Positions 19,404 through 30,480 are shown, numbered from the stretch's first letter. The stretch: 64,000 nucleotides of DNA from an uncultured Methanomicrobiales archaeon (GCA_963758915.1 CAVWXH010000010.1:1-64000); one strand, 5' to 3'. Numbers and translations: made by a program. The notes: generated by a model from the sequence alone, not told the origin.

Positions 19404-21005
19404 ATGCAAGACGTCTCCCAGGCGCTCCACGGCCTCGGATATCCGGCATTCCGCCCGTTCCAGGAGGAGATTGTACGGGACGTCCTCGCCCGCCGTGATG
19501 TATTAGGTCTTTTTGCCACAGGTGCCGGAAAATCACTCTGTTACCAGCTCCCTGCTGTGTTACTTGAAGGAACGACCGTTGTTGTCTCGCCGCTGATTTC
19601 CCTGATGAAGGAGCAGGTGGACACATTACAAAAGAAGGGTATCGCGGCAGCATCGCTCAACAGCACCCAGACATACCGTGAGACAAAAGAGATTAACGAG
19701 GCGATCATTGCGGGGGATATCAGGATCCTGTTTGTCTCCCCGGAAAAGATTTCGACGAAATCTTTTTTTTCCCTGATGCAGAAGGCACGGATCAGCCTTT
19801 TTGCCATCGATGAGGCCCATTGCATCTCTACATGGGGCCACCAGTTCAGGCCTGAATACCGGAACCTCTCTGTCCTGAAGGAAAAGTATCCCGGTACACC
19901 GATCATAGCCCTCACGGCTACCGCGGTACCCGAGGTGAGAAGGGATATTATTAACCAGTTGCATCTTGTAAACCCGAAGGTCTATGTCGGCAGTTTTAAC
20001 CGGCCGAACCTGTTTTACGATGTAAGGGTGACCCCCAATATATACCGGCACATTACCTCCGATATCTCGTCACGCAGGAATGTAACGGGTATTATCTACT
20101 GCCATACCAGGAAGGAGACAGAAACACTTGCAAAAAAGCTTCGCAATGACGGGTTTTCGGCTGCTGCATACCATGCTGGCCTTTCCGATGCGACCCGCAC
20201 GCGTGTCCAGAATGCCTTTAACAAGGGCACAACGAAGGTAATCTGTGCGACGGTCGCGTTCGGAATGGGTATAGACCGCCCTGATCTTCGGTTCGTTATC
20301 CATTACGGGATGCCGAAATGTATTGAATCGTATTACCAGGAGAGCGGACGGGCCGGGAGGGACGGGGGCCCTGCGGACTGTATCCTTTATTACCGGAAAT
20401 CTGACCGCCCCCGCTTATCTGCCCTCATTACCAAGGACTCCTCCTCGTACGAACTCCGGAAAAAGACACTGGAGAAACTCGACCAGATGGCCCGGTATTG
20501 CGAGACCACCGGTTGCCGGAGGGCTGCCCTGCTCCGGTATTTCGAAGAGGACTATGATGGGAAGGTAGAACGGTGTTGCGATACCTGTAATCCGTCGGAA
20601 CATCCGGTCCCTGTTTCACCCGGAGATGACACTACGGTGCCCAGGCTGGCAAGGAAACGTGCTGTTCGTAAGGCAGTTGATGTAACACCGGTTGCCCAGC
20701 TCATTGTGCAGTGTGTTATCGACCTCGAAAATCCGTATCCTGCATCGTATGTTGCCGGGGTCCTGACCGGGGCTGGCAATAAAAAAATTATGGAGTGTGC
20801 CCATGACCAGATGAAGAGTTACCGGACGGTCAGGGGCTGGACCGTAAAAGACCTCGCAGCCCTTATCCGTCACCTCGCTGACCAGGGTATCCTTCGGGAA
20901 CTTGACGGTATCCCAAAGAAGGTGACACTCAACGAAAGGAGCGGCGAGGTATTCCGGTCGGGGGCAAAGATCCTCTATAAGATTTCTGTACCTTACAACG
21001 GGTAA
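19404..21005 (+). CDS. recQ: RecQ family DNA helicase (Zn-binding and RQC domains, no HRDC)
   Basis: 'TGAGKSLCYQLP', 'DEAHCIS.WGHQFRPEY', 'YYQESGRAGRDG', 'CRR...CCDTC'. Confidence 0.93.
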   Translation: MQDVSQALHGLGYPAFRPFQEEIVRDVLARRDVLGLFATGAGKSLCYQLPAVLLEGTTVVVSPLISLMKEQVDTLQKKGIAAASLNSTQTYRETKEINEAIIAGDIRILFVSPEKISTKSFFSLMQKARISLFAIDEAHCISTWGHQFRPEYRNLSVLKEKYPGTPIIALTATAVPEVRRDIINQLHLVNPKVYVGSFNRPNLFYDVRVTPNIYRHITSDISSRRNVTGIIYCHTRKETETLAKKLRNDGFSAAAYHAGLSDATRTRVQNAFNKGTTKVICATVAFGMGIDRPDLRFVIHYGMPKCIESYYQESGRAGRDGGPADCILYYRKSDRPRLSALITKDSSSYELRKKTLEKLDQMARYCETTGCRRAALLRYFEEDYDGKVERCCDTCNPSEHPVPVSPGDDTTVPRLARKRAVRKAVDVTPVAQLIVQCVIDLENPYPASYVAGVLTGAGNKKIMECAHDQMKSYRTVRGWTVKDLAALIRHLADQGILRELDGIPKKVTLNERSGEVFRSGAKILYKISVPYNG

Positions 21006-21028
21006 CAGGAAAAAGGATAATTTTTTTT

Positions 21029-21622
21029 TTAAAATTTTAATTGTGACAATGCATGGTAGACCATTTTCCGGTATGTGACCGGGTCGATATGGTATTTCTC
21101 GGTGGCATGCATTGAATCGGGGCCCGGAGCAGGGATGTCCAGGCGGTCTAACGTGGCCTTTGCTGTGTCGAGGATCCAGCAGTCCCTGATCTCGCGGTCG
21201 ACAATCGTAATGGACTCTGCCCTGATCGAGACCAGGACCGTGCCATCCGGGGTCTCATACATCGATGGTTTTCCTACGACTGCCACGAATGCAGGTGGTT
21301 CTATCCGTGCCATCTGCTGCATCGCCTCGGGCTGGTAACTCCCGGCAACAACAAAGAAAGTACCGGTTGGATCCACAATCCGTGCCCGGTAAAACATGTT
21401 TTGTTCACCCTGGCGTTTCTTTTCAGTCATTGACCCGACAATAAACACCCTGTTGCACCGCTGCCCGGTGGGCAGGAGTACATAGGAAGGACTCTTTTCA
21501 TCGGTCCCGTCACGGAACTGTTCCCTGATCTCGCGGAGTTCTCCCGCAAACACCCTCCGGGCCGGTTCGCGTTCGAACATGTTCTCTCTCTTTGGAAATC
21601 CACCGCTGGCAGGGGTACTCAT
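21029..21622 (-). CDS. RPA-associated / RPA2-like OB-fold protein
   Basis: 'REPARRVFAGE', 'NRVFIVG', 'DPTGTF'; follows RPA. Confidence 0.85.
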   Translation of the reverse strand: MSTPASGGFPKRENMFEREPARRVFAGELREIREQFRDGTDEKSPSYVLLPTGQRCNRVFIVGSMTEKKRQGEQNMFYRARIVDPTGTFFVVAGSYQPEAMQQMARIEPPAFVAVVGKPSMYETPDGTVLVSIRAESITIVDREIRDCWILDTAKATLDRLDIPAPGPDSMHATEKYHIDPVTYRKMVYHALSQLKF

Positions 21623-22848
21623 GAGACCTCGCCTCCCGTGCGGTTTAATAATTCAGCAAGCAGTGTCGGCTCGAAATGGATGCATTCACAGGAGTTGACG
21701 ATCAGCCTCCGGTCAATTTCCCTCCCCTCGCACCGCAGGTAGCGTCCGAGGATCTTCTCCCTCATGCGTAAAAATACCTCATCCATTCCGAGAGGGTTAT
21801 TCTCAGCAAGTTCCTTCGACTCATCAAGGGTCATGCCCGTGAGTGACTCAACGACCTCGCGTTGCACCAGCACCTCCTCGGTACGGATCCCGTCATCGAG
21901 CCACCCCTTGATCCGCAGGTCGTAGTTAAATTTCGGTTGCATCTCATGGACCGGGCAATAATTCTGTCGTGAAAGTACCCTGTTACATCCCTCGGCCGTA
22001 CACCGTTTGATTAGCCCTGAACCCGGGGCAATATGCACAAGTGCCCCCTGGAACGTAGAGGCCCCGGAAGTAACGGCAATATCCCCTTCTTCAGCGACAA
22101 TGTTCGCCGTATTCATGTTCAGTGAGTGACGCCCGTTAAATTCGTCCACCAGGGCATAATAGATATTATACACACTGCCTGGTGTCAGGCGTTCCTTTCC
22201 CTCTTCTTTCCAGGTAACAAATTTCACGGTGCCTGTCTCATCCCCCAGAAGCCCGGACTGGAGCATCCGGTCGTGGGTGACGTCCCATTCCTGGATCATC
22301 TTCACACGGACGCTGGCAACCCCTGCTGCGAGTTCGGCAACGGGTGTTATTACCGGGATTAATACCCCGTCACCTTCAAGTTCCTTCACGGTCGTCCCGG
22401 AGTGAACTTTCAGGCTGAGAGCTCCCTTGAACTCATCAACAACGGCGGACTCAAAGCGGTACCACGAGTCCTTTTTAATCTCCGGGACCGATGCCTTCGA
22501 CCAGACTACAAAACGGATTGCTCCTGAAGCGTCTGCAATTATCCCCGAATAGGCGATCGATGGTGAAGGTGAATTGCCAAGTGCAACGACCTTCCCCTCT
22601 ATGGTTACCCATTCCTCGGGGCTGACCGAGTTGATCTGCTTCTGATCACCGGGACCCGCGGCACCTCCGAGCGGGATGCCATAATCACGTGCAATATCAT
22701 ACAATACGGTCCGCTCGGCATCAGCCGGCTGGACCCCGAACTCCTCAATAAGGCGGCGCAGTTTCTGCTCAATCTTTGATTTATCTGCCGCATGTCCTTT
22801 AGACTCAATTTTTTGGGAGATTCTGTCAACAATCTGGGAAATATCCAT
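21619..22848 (-). CDS. rpa: Replication protein A (OB folds plus Zn finger)
   Basis: Repeated OB folds 'GDETGTVKFVTW'; 'CTAEGCNR...CPVH', 'DDG'. Confidence 0.88.
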   Translation of the reverse strand: MDISQIVDRISQKIESKGHAADKSKIEQKLRRLIEEFGVQPADAERTVLYDIARDYGIPLGGAAGPGDQKQINSVSPEEWVTIEGKVVALGNSPSPSIAYSGIIADASGAIRFVVWSKASVPEIKKDSWYRFESAVVDEFKGALSLKVHSGTTVKELEGDGVLIPVITPVAELAAGVASVRVKMIQEWDVTHDRMLQSGLLGDETGTVKFVTWKEEGKERLTPGSVYNIYYALVDEFNGRHSLNMNTANIVAEEGDIAVTSGASTFQGALVHIAPGSGLIKRCTAEGCNRVLSRQNYCPVHEMQPKFNYDLRIKGWLDDGIRTEEVLVQREVVESLTGMTLDESKELAENNPLGMDEVFLRMREKILGRYLRCEGREIDRRLIVNSCECIHFEPTLLAELLNRTGGEVS

Positions 22849-22992
22849 TTTACATCTCCAGATACATGTTCACCCGGCACCGCATATTAATGGTGGTCGG
22901 ATGCGCAGGGTGAAACTGATCCGTGTTCCATCCCATGAAGGGCATCTGCTATAAGTCACAGGTTTAAGTACCGGAATAGTGAATAGTACCCC

Positions 22993-23184
22993 ATGACAAT
23001 AACAGCAGACAGCACCATTTATGATCTTCTAAAAGAAAAACCCGAATCATCCGAGGTTTTATTCAAGTTTGGAATGGGGTGTGTGGGATGTGCGATTGCC
23101 CGCGGGGAAACGATCCGCGAAGCAGCCGAGGCCCATGGTGTCCCGCTGGACGAACTCGTCGCAGCACTCGGAATCTCAAAATAA
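22993..23184 (+). CDS. DUF1858 domain protein
   Basis: 'GMGCVGC...ETIREAAEAHG'. Confidence 0.88.
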   Translation: MTITADSTIYDLLKEKPESSEVLFKFGMGCVGCAIARGETIREAAEAHGVPLDELVAALGISK

Positions 23185-23194
23185 AGCCCGTTAA

Positions 23195-24058
23195 TCAACC
23201 CATTTTATTATATTTTTTCATCTCTTCAAGCGAGGCCTCAGGGTGACGCCGGAGATACTCTGCGGGTTCCGGTGTGTGAAGAAGTGTGCACCGGCTGCAG
23301 TTCCAGACCGTCCCACCGTTTGAACCGTTAACCCACTGGCCGAGGGTTTCATCTTTACAGGGGTAAAACGGGCAATAACAATAATCGCATCGCTGGCCGG
23401 GAAAATGGCATGGATAATAGGGGCATTCCCCCGGATGCCAGAGGACGAAATGGCCGCCGCCCAGCCTCGAGTAAACGTACAGGGCGGGACCTTTTCTGCG
23501 GCCTTCCTGTTCCATTGCATGGGGAAGACCGAATAGAATACACTCATATACGCGCCATCCAGCCTCTGACTGAAGTCCTGCCTCTATGTGGCGGGCCTCC
23601 TGTTCAGACGCTACCATAACATGGTCATCTGAAGCAGCAGGGAACGGCAGCCCTGCATCGATGAATACCCGGGCTTTTGCACTGGTTACCGTAACGATCA
23701 TCTGCAGGGTTGCATTATCAGACAACCCTTCGCCCGAATAGGCGACAATCGTGATCTGGTCAGGCTGGTCGTTAACACCGGCTGAAGCCAGGATAAAGAC
23801 GGTGATATAATCATACTGGACAATGCAAAGACGCCCGATATCATTTCCCGCAATGAGGCCTAAAAAATCCCCAGGGAGACCTTCACGGCTGACCTGGCGG
23901 TTTACCTCCCTGCAGGAGTCAACATGAGCCTCACGATGTTGTCCGGGGCTATATAGTAATACCGTTGAAACGGGACGCAGGCCACCGCAGGGCCCGGTAC
24001 TCGCGGCAGAAAATTTGCCTCTGACAAAAAGAGTATCGTTCCTGATATAATACTTCAT
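23195..24058 (-). CDS. CbiZ-like adenosylcobinamide amidohydrolase domain fused to a cysteine-rich small domain
   Basis: N-terminal CbiZ-like region ('AASTGPCGG', 'TSAKA'); C-terminal 'CPYYPCHFPGQRCDYCYCPFYPC...WNCSRCTLLH'. Confidence 0.7.
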   Translation of the reverse strand: MKYYIRNDTLFVRGKFSAASTGPCGGLRPVSTVLLYSPGQHREAHVDSCREVNRQVSREGLPGDFLGLIAGNDIGRLCIVQYDYITVFILASAGVNDQPDQITIVAYSGEGLSDNATLQMIVTVTSAKARVFIDAGLPFPAASDDHVMVASEQEARHIEAGLQSEAGWRVYECILFGLPHAMEQEGRRKGPALYVYSRLGGGHFVLWHPGECPYYPCHFPGQRCDYCYCPFYPCKDETLGQWVNGSNGGTVWNCSRCTLLHTPEPAEYLRRHPEASLEEMKKYNKMG

Positions 24059-24076
24059 GAAAAACCAGGATTTTGC

Positions 24077-24439
24077 TTATGCCACAGTATAACGGACCCG
24101 GTCCTTTAATTCCTGCTGTTTACCCGCATTCCACCCTGAAACATCCTGGAGGTACCCGGTGACCCGGCTTATCTGGACTACATCATGAGAGCCGCACTCC
24201 GGACAAACAGCTGCACGACAGAGAGGACAATAATCTATCCCCGACAGGATCTCATGGGAGCAGTGACAGTGGTCAAGGGGGCACATAATCTCAAGGTGTT
24301 CCTCCCCGCATTTCGGACATGGCGTCTCATCGACAATGAGGTGGCAGGTGTGACACTTATACCGCCGTTCGGCACCTGGGATATCATCGAGATTCTTGTA
24401 TTTCTCTGCAATTTTTCTCTGGTCTGCGGTCCATTCCAT
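24077..24439 (-). CDS. Small Zn-finger protein with a class III RNR (NrdD) glycyl-radical C-terminal motif
   Basis: Multiple CxxC; '[36 protein letters not shown]'. Confidence 0.85.
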   Translation of the reverse strand: MEWTADQRKIAEKYKNLDDIPGAERRYKCHTCHLIVDETPCPKCGEEHLEIMCPLDHCHCSHEILSGIDYCPLCRAAVCPECGSHDVVQISRVTGYLQDVSGWNAGKQQELKDRVRYTVA

Positions 24440-24546
24440 ACTATCAGATAGAATGCCATCCTTTTAAACTTTTAGACCGTTCAGGGAGAGTTTCCGCCTC
24501 AGTTGACTCATAGGGTTCATCTTTTTTTGTCAGTTTTCCTTTCTCA

Positions 24547-25182
24547 TCATTGGCGGATACCTGCAAACTGCAATGCAGCCTCCTTTGGATCTTCTGCTTC
24601 ATAGATCGCACGGCCAATTATTACTCCGTCAACAATCTGTGCGATTTCTGAAATATTCCCTCCCTGTGCGCCGATCCCCGGGGAATATATTTTCAGGTCC
24701 CCGATAAGCTCCTTCAGTGAAGCAACCCGTTCGGGTCTCGTTGCCGGTGCAATAATACCATCTGCGTTACAATCTTTCGCGAGCAGGGCAATCCTCTCTG
24801 CGATGCCACCATGGAAGAATTCTGTGGCCCCTGGGTGGCTCATCTCGGTGACAACGAAGCAGTCGCCGCCATACTCCCGGGCAACCCGGACGCACGCGGT
24901 GACCGAGTCGTGACCGGTAAACCCCTGGCAGATCAGTGCATCATAACCGGACGTGAATACCTCTTCAGCGATAAGCCGGCTGGTATTCGGAATGTCTGCA
25001 ACTTTAAAATCTGCAATAAGGGGGAGGTCGAGGTCACCAAGTTCGTCAGCGATTGAGAGCCCTGCTGAAAGGACGAGGGGGTACCCGACTTTCACGGCAT
25101 CAATATACGGTGCACAGCGGGAAGCAACTGCTATTGCCTTGCCTTTGTCAGTCACATCGAGTGCGAGTATCAGTGAAGTCAT
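24547..25182 (-). CDS. pyrF: Orotidine-5'-phosphate decarboxylase
   Basis: 'LILALD', 'DFKVADIPNT', 'SPGIGAQGG', 'IGRAIY'. Confidence 0.97.
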   Translation of the reverse strand: MTSLILALDVTDKGKAIAVASRCAPYIDAVKVGYPLVLSAGLSIADELGDLDLPLIADFKVADIPNTSRLIAEEVFTSGYDALICQGFTGHDSVTACVRVAREYGGDCFVVTEMSHPGATEFFHGGIAERIALLAKDCNADGIIAPATRPERVASLKELIGDLKIYSPGIGAQGGNISEIAQIVDGVIIGRAIYEAEDPKEAALQFAGIRQ

Positions 25183-26123
25183 TGTTCCAGCCTCTCCAGC
25201 ACCGCTGCGACCATGAAGGGGAGGAGGACTGTTGCATCGCCATAGACTGTCACCGCAGATGCCTCCTCTGTGATCTTGCCCCAGGAACGGGCCTCATCAA
25301 GCGTGGCACCTGAAAGGCCGCCGAGGTCAGGGCGGTCCCCGGTCAGCTGGACCGCGTAGGAAAAACCGTTCTCGGTCATCAGCATGCTCTGAAGGATATA
25401 ATTTTTCGGCACGCCTCCGCCGACAAGCACCGCCCCCGCTTTTTTTGCCGTGAAACAGCGGTCGAGTAACATCGGCATATCCTTAAACGCGTCCACAACG
25501 ACATGCCCGGTCTGGGAAAACAACCAGTACTGGAGGCCGATCATGGAGTCCTGGATTGCAGGGCAGAATACCGGGACCGATTTTTTTGCAGCAGTCGCAA
25601 GGATCCCGGAATCAAGGCCGGACCCGATATGGGTGAGCAGCTCGTTGATTGAAACAGTTGTTCCCTCAGGGAGCTCCGAATAGATCCCCTGCATGAACTC
25701 TTCAAATTTGATAAACGCATCATTCGGGAGATAGACATCGTAAATCCGGTTTATCTCCTCATGTCTCAGTTCAACATCTGAACATCCCGCATCACCGTGG
25801 TAATGACGGCAGCCAATTGCCTCAATAATATCGTGGGTAAGGTTCGCGCCGGTCGAGACAAGGACGTCGATATGTCCCGCATCTATAAGGTCCCGGACTA
25901 TCCCCCCCATTCCGGCAGGCACCATGGCCCCTGCAAGACCAAAAAACTTCGTGACATCCGGGTCACGGAGCATCTTTTCGTAGATGCATACGGCACGGTA
26001 CAGCGCACCGCCATTATATGCCCCGGCCTGCCCCATCTGTTCAGCGAGTTCTCCTACGGTCATTCCTGCTTTCAGGCGTACCTGCCTGACCGGCACACGG
26101 CATTCGTGACTCAACGGACTCAC
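25179..26123 (-). CDS. dys: Deoxyhypusine synthase
   Basis: 'STGANLTHD', 'GGGVPKN', 'GGLSGATLDEARSWGK'. Confidence 0.95.
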   Translation of the reverse strand: MSPLSHECRVPVRQVRLKAGMTVGELAEQMGQAGAYNGGALYRAVCIYEKMLRDPDVTKFFGLAGAMVPAGMGGIVRDLIDAGHIDVLVSTGANLTHDIIEAIGCRHYHGDAGCSDVELRHEEINRIYDVYLPNDAFIKFEEFMQGIYSELPEGTTVSINELLTHIGSGLDSGILATAAKKSVPVFCPAIQDSMIGLQYWLFSQTGHVVVDAFKDMPMLLDRCFTAKKAGAVLVGGGVPKNYILQSMLMTENGFSYAVQLTGDRPDLGGLSGATLDEARSWGKITEEASAVTVYGDATVLLPFMVAAVLERLEQ

Positions 26124-26193
26124 CAGATAATATTGAATTTATTGATCGTGTCCAAGGATAACATCTTCCCGGTGGATGACCGTGCACAAGGGG

Positions 26194-27408
26194 TCATGGG
26201 CCCCGGCAGAGTGGTTTTGCCAGGTGCCTCCGGGCGACCGGCGGGACTTCATACCACCCGGGCGCAATCGTCCGGTCATGAAGTGTGACCTGTGGGTCTT
26301 TTTCATGCGCCCCGCATTTCCTGCATTTATATCCTTTTAAAGAACCCGCACTGGTCATGCGGGCGCCACAGGAAGGACATACAGGTGGCCGCGTCGTTCC
26401 GGCCGGTGAAAGTATGATAATACAGACCTTTTCCAGGTTTATGCTGCCCCCCTTATAGCTCCCGGTAACGAGCACCCGGTCCCCCGGCCATAATGCACGA
26501 AGTACGTTCCGGAACCCCTTTGTCGGCTCGTATGCCATGCAACGGGTAATCATATCCCCGTTCCCGATCTCTATCGATACATGCCCCCCTCTACCTGTAT
26601 GTGCATGGGAGCATACCGTACCGGTAACACGGTAGGAACAACCTTCTTTAAGTGCCCCGATTTGACCATCAACGAGGTGCGCATCGGTACCCTGGTTTGT
26701 TACAAAGATCTGTTCAACTTCAGTCGCCTCGGATTTCACCTGCATCCTTGCGAATGTAACCCATGAAGGGCTCTCCCCACGGATCCCAAAAAGGACCGGG
26801 TCCGGGGTATGCGGGACACAGACCACGCAATTATTTTCGATATCGACGGTATCCCAGGTATGCGGAAAGGTTGACGCCTCGGTCTCAAAAAGGCTTTCCC
26901 TGTCGACAAACCTCGGCGTGCCGAAGCTGCTGCCATATCTGTAGGACAGGTATTCAAATGTCATGTCAGGGAGCTCGCTGCAGACCGCAGCAGTGGCCCC
27001 GATAAGCCCCCTTCCATTTTTAAAACCTTTATAGCGGGCTCCTGCAGCATCGAGGACGTCTACCGCCTCCTCCGTTGTACAGAAGTCCCTCACTGCTTTC
27101 CTGTAAAAATCCGGTGGAGGGCGATTTTCGACGGCCACTACGCCAGGATTTGTATTTTCGTGTGAAAAATGGGCAAGTCCGGCAACCATTTCGCAGGCGG
27201 TCTCAAACACGCGGTCGGTGTCTCCGTCTACCTCGAGGCAGATCGCTGCATTCCCCCGTGTCTTGTAGATCACGTTCGGGTTCAGGCGGAGGAGCCTCAC
27301 TTCCAGTACCGGCATATGCATTTTTATCAGTCGCCTGGCCAGTAGTGCCCCAAGATAGGTGGTGCACATGCCGGAAGGTGAATCGGTATCGTCAATGCCG
27401 AGAAGCAT
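26194..27408 (-). CDS. tiaS: tRNA(Ile2) 2-agmatinylcytidine synthetase
   Basis: 'GIDDTDSPSGMCTTY', 'KTRGNAA', 'TNQGTDAH', 'YEVPPVARRHLAKP'. Confidence 0.95.
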   Translation of the reverse strand: MLLGIDDTDSPSGMCTTYLGALLARRLIKMHMPVLEVRLLRLNPNVIYKTRGNAAICLEVDGDTDRVFETACEMVAGLAHFSHENTNPGVVAVENRPPPDFYRKAVRDFCTTEEAVDVLDAAGARYKGFKNGRGLIGATAAVCSELPDMTFEYLSYRYGSSFGTPRFVDRESLFETEASTFPHTWDTVDIENNCVVCVPHTPDPVLFGIRGESPSWVTFARMQVKSEATEVEQIFVTNQGTDAHLVDGQIGALKEGCSYRVTGTVCSHAHTGRGGHVSIEIGNGDMITRCMAYEPTKGFRNVLRALWPGDRVLVTGSYKGGSINLEKVCIIILSPAGTTRPPVCPSCGARMTSAGSLKGYKCRKCGAHEKDPQVTLHDRTIAPGWYEVPPVARRHLAKPLCRGP

Positions 27409-27461
27409 GCAAATAACCTATTATTTATTATATCACGTACTAAATCCATTCCTAACGGTAA

Positions 27462-28376
27462 ATGACACAGGACCGGCTCCTCCAGATGGTGATCAGCGTG
27501 ATGATCTCGGGAGGATATCTCGTCTCCGAACGGTTCAGCATGCGTCCGAGGAGTTTTGATCTCATCGCGAGTAACGGGCAGATGACGCTCGCGATAAAAG
27601 TCGTCTCTCATATTGACAGTGTCAGCGAGGAGACTGCCTCCGACCTTGAGCTGGTCGCACGTCATCTCAAGGGTTCAGCGATAATTATCGGGGAGCGTGC
27701 AAGGGATGCGGAACTTGAGCGTGGCGCCGTATATCTCAGGTACGGGATCTATGCGATCAGCGTTTCGACGCTCTATGATTATGTGGTTGAGGGTATCCCG
27801 CCCCTGATTTATGCCTCACCTGGTGGTCTGTACGTTGCTATCAACGGGGATGCCCTCCGTGAGCAGAGGGAAAAGCGGAGTATGTCCCTTGGGGACCTTG
27901 GCCACCTCCTCGGGGTATCCAGGCGGACGATCAGCAAGTATGAAAGCGGGATGGGGACAACGCTTGAAGTTGCCCAGAAAATAGAAGAACTGTTCGACAG
28001 CGGACTTGTGCAGTCGATTGACCTGCTGCGCCCGCATGGCGAGTCGAAGGAACGGGTGGAACACCCTGAAGAGGTGGTGCCGATGAGTTTCCTCGAGCAG
28101 ATCGGGATGACGCTGCATACCATGCACCGGGCACCGTTCCAGGCCCTTATCACCTTCCATGATCACACGATCCTGACCGGCTATGGTACCGCTGATCGGG
28201 TCGTGAGGCGCGCTGCACTGATCGGGAACATCTCACAGGTGACCGGAACAAGGGCCATGTGTGTCCTCACCGATTACTACAAACAGAAAAAAATCGGCAA
28301 AACCCTGGTGATCGGTGAAGAACGCCTCCATCACATTGCAGACGGTGACGAGCTGATCGAAATGATCGATAAGTGA
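27462..28376 (+). CDS. Archaeal HTH transcriptional regulator
   Basis: '[12 protein letters not shown]', '[22 protein letters not shown]'; lies between tiaS and the thermosome gene. Confidence 0.85.
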   Translation: MTQDRLLQMVISVMISGGYLVSERFSMRPRSFDLIASNGQMTLAIKVVSHIDSVSEETASDLELVARHLKGSAIIIGERARDAELERGAVYLRYGIYAISVSTLYDYVVEGIPPLIYASPGGLYVAINGDALREQREKRSMSLGDLGHLLGVSRRTISKYESGMGTTLEVAQKIEELFDSGLVQSIDLLRPHGESKERVEHPEEVVPMSFLEQIGMTLHTMHRAPFQALITFHDHTILTGYGTADRVVRRAALIGNISQVTGTRAMCVLTDYYKQKKIGKTLVIGEERLHHIADGDELIEMIDK

Positions 28377-28378
28377 CA

Positions 28379-28390
28379 ACGTTTATATAG
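28379..28390 (+). promoter_or_regulatory. TATA box of the thermosome gene
   Basis: TTTATATA about 45 nt upstream of ATG 28431. Confidence 0.55.
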
Positions 28391-28430
28391 AACCACAAAC
28401 CAACTTTTACCGCTCAAAGTGGTGAAAACT

Positions 28431-30086
28431 ATGTCACAACAGCTTGGAGGACAACCGATTCTGATTCTAAAAGAGGGTAGTTCACGTACCCGCGGCCGCG
28501 ATGCCCAGGGCATGAACATTACTGCTGCCAAGGCAGTAGCAAGTGCAGTACGCACCACTCTCGGTCCAAAAGGAATGGACAAAATGCTCGTCGACACCAT
28601 CGGGGATGTCGTCATCACCAATGACGGTGTGACCATTCTCAAAGAGATGGACATCGAGCACCCAGCGGCAAAGATGATGGTCGAGGTCGCGAAGACCCAG
28701 GATGACGAAGTAGGCGATGGGACAACCACAGCCGTCGTTATCGCAGGAGAACTCCTGAAACGTGCGGAAGACCTCCTTGAACAGGACGTCCACCCGACTG
28801 TGATTGCAGCAGGGTACCGCATGGCCGCCGAAAAGGCACAGGAGATCTTGAAAGAGATTGCCATCACCATCAAGCCCGGTGACATTGCAATGCTCAAGAA
28901 GATCGCCGAGACCGCAATGACCGGGAAGGGCGCAGAAGCCTCGAAAGACAAGCTCTGTGACCTCGTCGTTAAAGCAGTCACCATGGTTGCAGACGCTGAC
29001 GGCACTGTCGACACCGATTATATCAAGGTGGAGAAGAAAGTCGGCGGGTCAATCGACGACTCCGAAATTGTTGAAGGCGTCCTGATTGACAAGGAGAGAG
29101 TCCACCCTGCAATGCCAAAGAAGGTAACCAAGGCGAAGATCCTCCTCCTCAACGCAGCAGTCGAGTTCAAGAAGACCGAAGTCGACGCAGAGATCAATAT
29201 TACCAGCCCCGACCAGCTCCAGGCATTCCTCGACGAAGAGGAACGCATGATCCGGAACATCGTCGATAAGGTTGCAGCCAGCGGCGCAAACGTGCTCTTC
29301 TGCCAGAAGGGTATTGACGATATTGCACAGCACTACCTCTCGAAGGCAGGGATCTTTGCAGTACGCCGTGTCAAAAAGAGCGACATGGAGAAACTCGGGC
29401 GTGCGACAGGCGCAAACCTCGTCTCAAGTATCGATGCCATCTCCAAGGAAGAGCTCGGACACGCCGGCCTTGTCGAGGAGAGGAAAGTATCAGGCGAAGA
29501 GATGATCTTTGTCGAGCAGTGCAAGAACCCGAAGGCAGTATCGATCATTATCCGCGGTGGCACTGAGCACGTCGTCGACGAACTTGACCGTGCCATGGAA
29601 GATGCACTCCGCGTTGTCAGCGTTGTCGTTGAGGACGGAAAGTGTGTTGCCGGTGGCGGTGCACCCGAGACAGAACTCTCGCTCCGTCTCCGCGAGTATG
29701 CAGCCAGTGTCGGTGGACGTGCACAGCTCGCCATCGAGGCATTTGCAAATGCACTCGAGATTATCCCGAGGACCCTTGCAGAGAATGCAGGACTCGACCC
29801 GATCGACATGCTTGTCGAGATCCGTGCAGCCCACGAGAAGGGCAAGAAGACCTACGGCCTCGATGTATTCGAAGGTAAAACAGTCGACATGCAGAAGGCC
29901 GGCGTCGTCGAGCCACTGCGTGTAAAGACCCAGGCAATTGCCAGCGCTGCAGAAGCAGCCATCATGATCCTCAGGATCGATGATGTAATCGCCTCATCCA
30001 AGTCTGCAGCCCCCGAAGGCATGCCACCAGGTGGCATGGGTGGAATGGGCGGCATGGGTGACATGGGCGGCATGGGCGACTATTAA
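28431..30086 (+). CDS. thsA: Thermosome (group II chaperonin) subunit
   Basis: '[10 protein letters not shown]', 'GDGTTT', C-terminal GGM repeats. Confidence 0.97.
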   Translation: MSQQLGGQPILILKEGSSRTRGRDAQGMNITAAKAVASAVRTTLGPKGMDKMLVDTIGDVVITNDGVTILKEMDIEHPAAKMMVEVAKTQDDEVGDGTTTAVVIAGELLKRAEDLLEQDVHPTVIAAGYRMAAEKAQEILKEIAITIKPGDIAMLKKIAETAMTGKGAEASKDKLCDLVVKAVTMVADADGTVDTDYIKVEKKVGGSIDDSEIVEGVLIDKERVHPAMPKKVTKAKILLLNAAVEFKKTEVDAEINITSPDQLQAFLDEEERMIRNIVDKVAASGANVLFCQKGIDDIAQHYLSKAGIFAVRRVKKSDMEKLGRATGANLVSSIDAISKEELGHAGLVEERKVSGEEMIFVEQCKNPKAVSIIIRGGTEHVVDELDRAMEDALRVVSVVVEDGKCVAGGGAPETELSLRLREYAASVGGRAQLAIEAFANALEIIPRTLAENAGLDPIDMLVEIRAAHEKGKKTYGLDVFEGKTVDMQKAGVVEPLRVKTQAIASAAEAAIMILRIDDVIASSKSAAPEGMPPGGMGGMGGMGDMGGMGDY

Positions 30087-30242
30087 TCCACTCCCCAAAA
30101 TTTGTTTTTTTAATCCTGACTGTTACCGGTACCAGACCGGATTATTACTTTTTGCTGCATGCCTGGTTACCCAGGATGACTCGGATAACTCAGGACTGTT
30201 AAGAAATGGCTTTGTTAATATCCAGGGTTTAAAAAAGAGAAG

Positions 30243-30480
30243 GGCTTTGTTGAAACCCTTCGGTGTCATAAAAAATAAGAGGGAAATACGAAGACTGAGG
30301 GGTTTTACCCCCTCCCTGCCCCACCCCCATTAAGATATTCTTCGGGCAGGGTTTCCCGAAGACCTATAAAATTCAGAGTATTGGGGGATAGTCTCTATCC
30401 CAACCGGGGTCGCCAAAGCGGCGGGCCATAAGCCCCGGGAGCGTGATTAATGTTGGAATGGGGAAATCTTCAGATAAATT
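30243..30480. mobile_element. MITE-like element copy 2 (left TIR plus core; right end not found)
   Basis: First ~210 bp closely match copy 1 (GGCTTTGTTGAAACCCTTCGGTGTCATAAAAAATAAGAGGG...). Confidence 0.85.

Noticed and set aside
28331-29925. Long antisense and alternate-frame ORFs over the thermosome and other core genes
   Set aside because: Shadow ORFs caused by codon bias, with no recognisable motifs.
30030-30083. Short tandem repeats at the end of the thermosome gene
   Set aside because: They encode the ordinary GGM tail of chaperonins.
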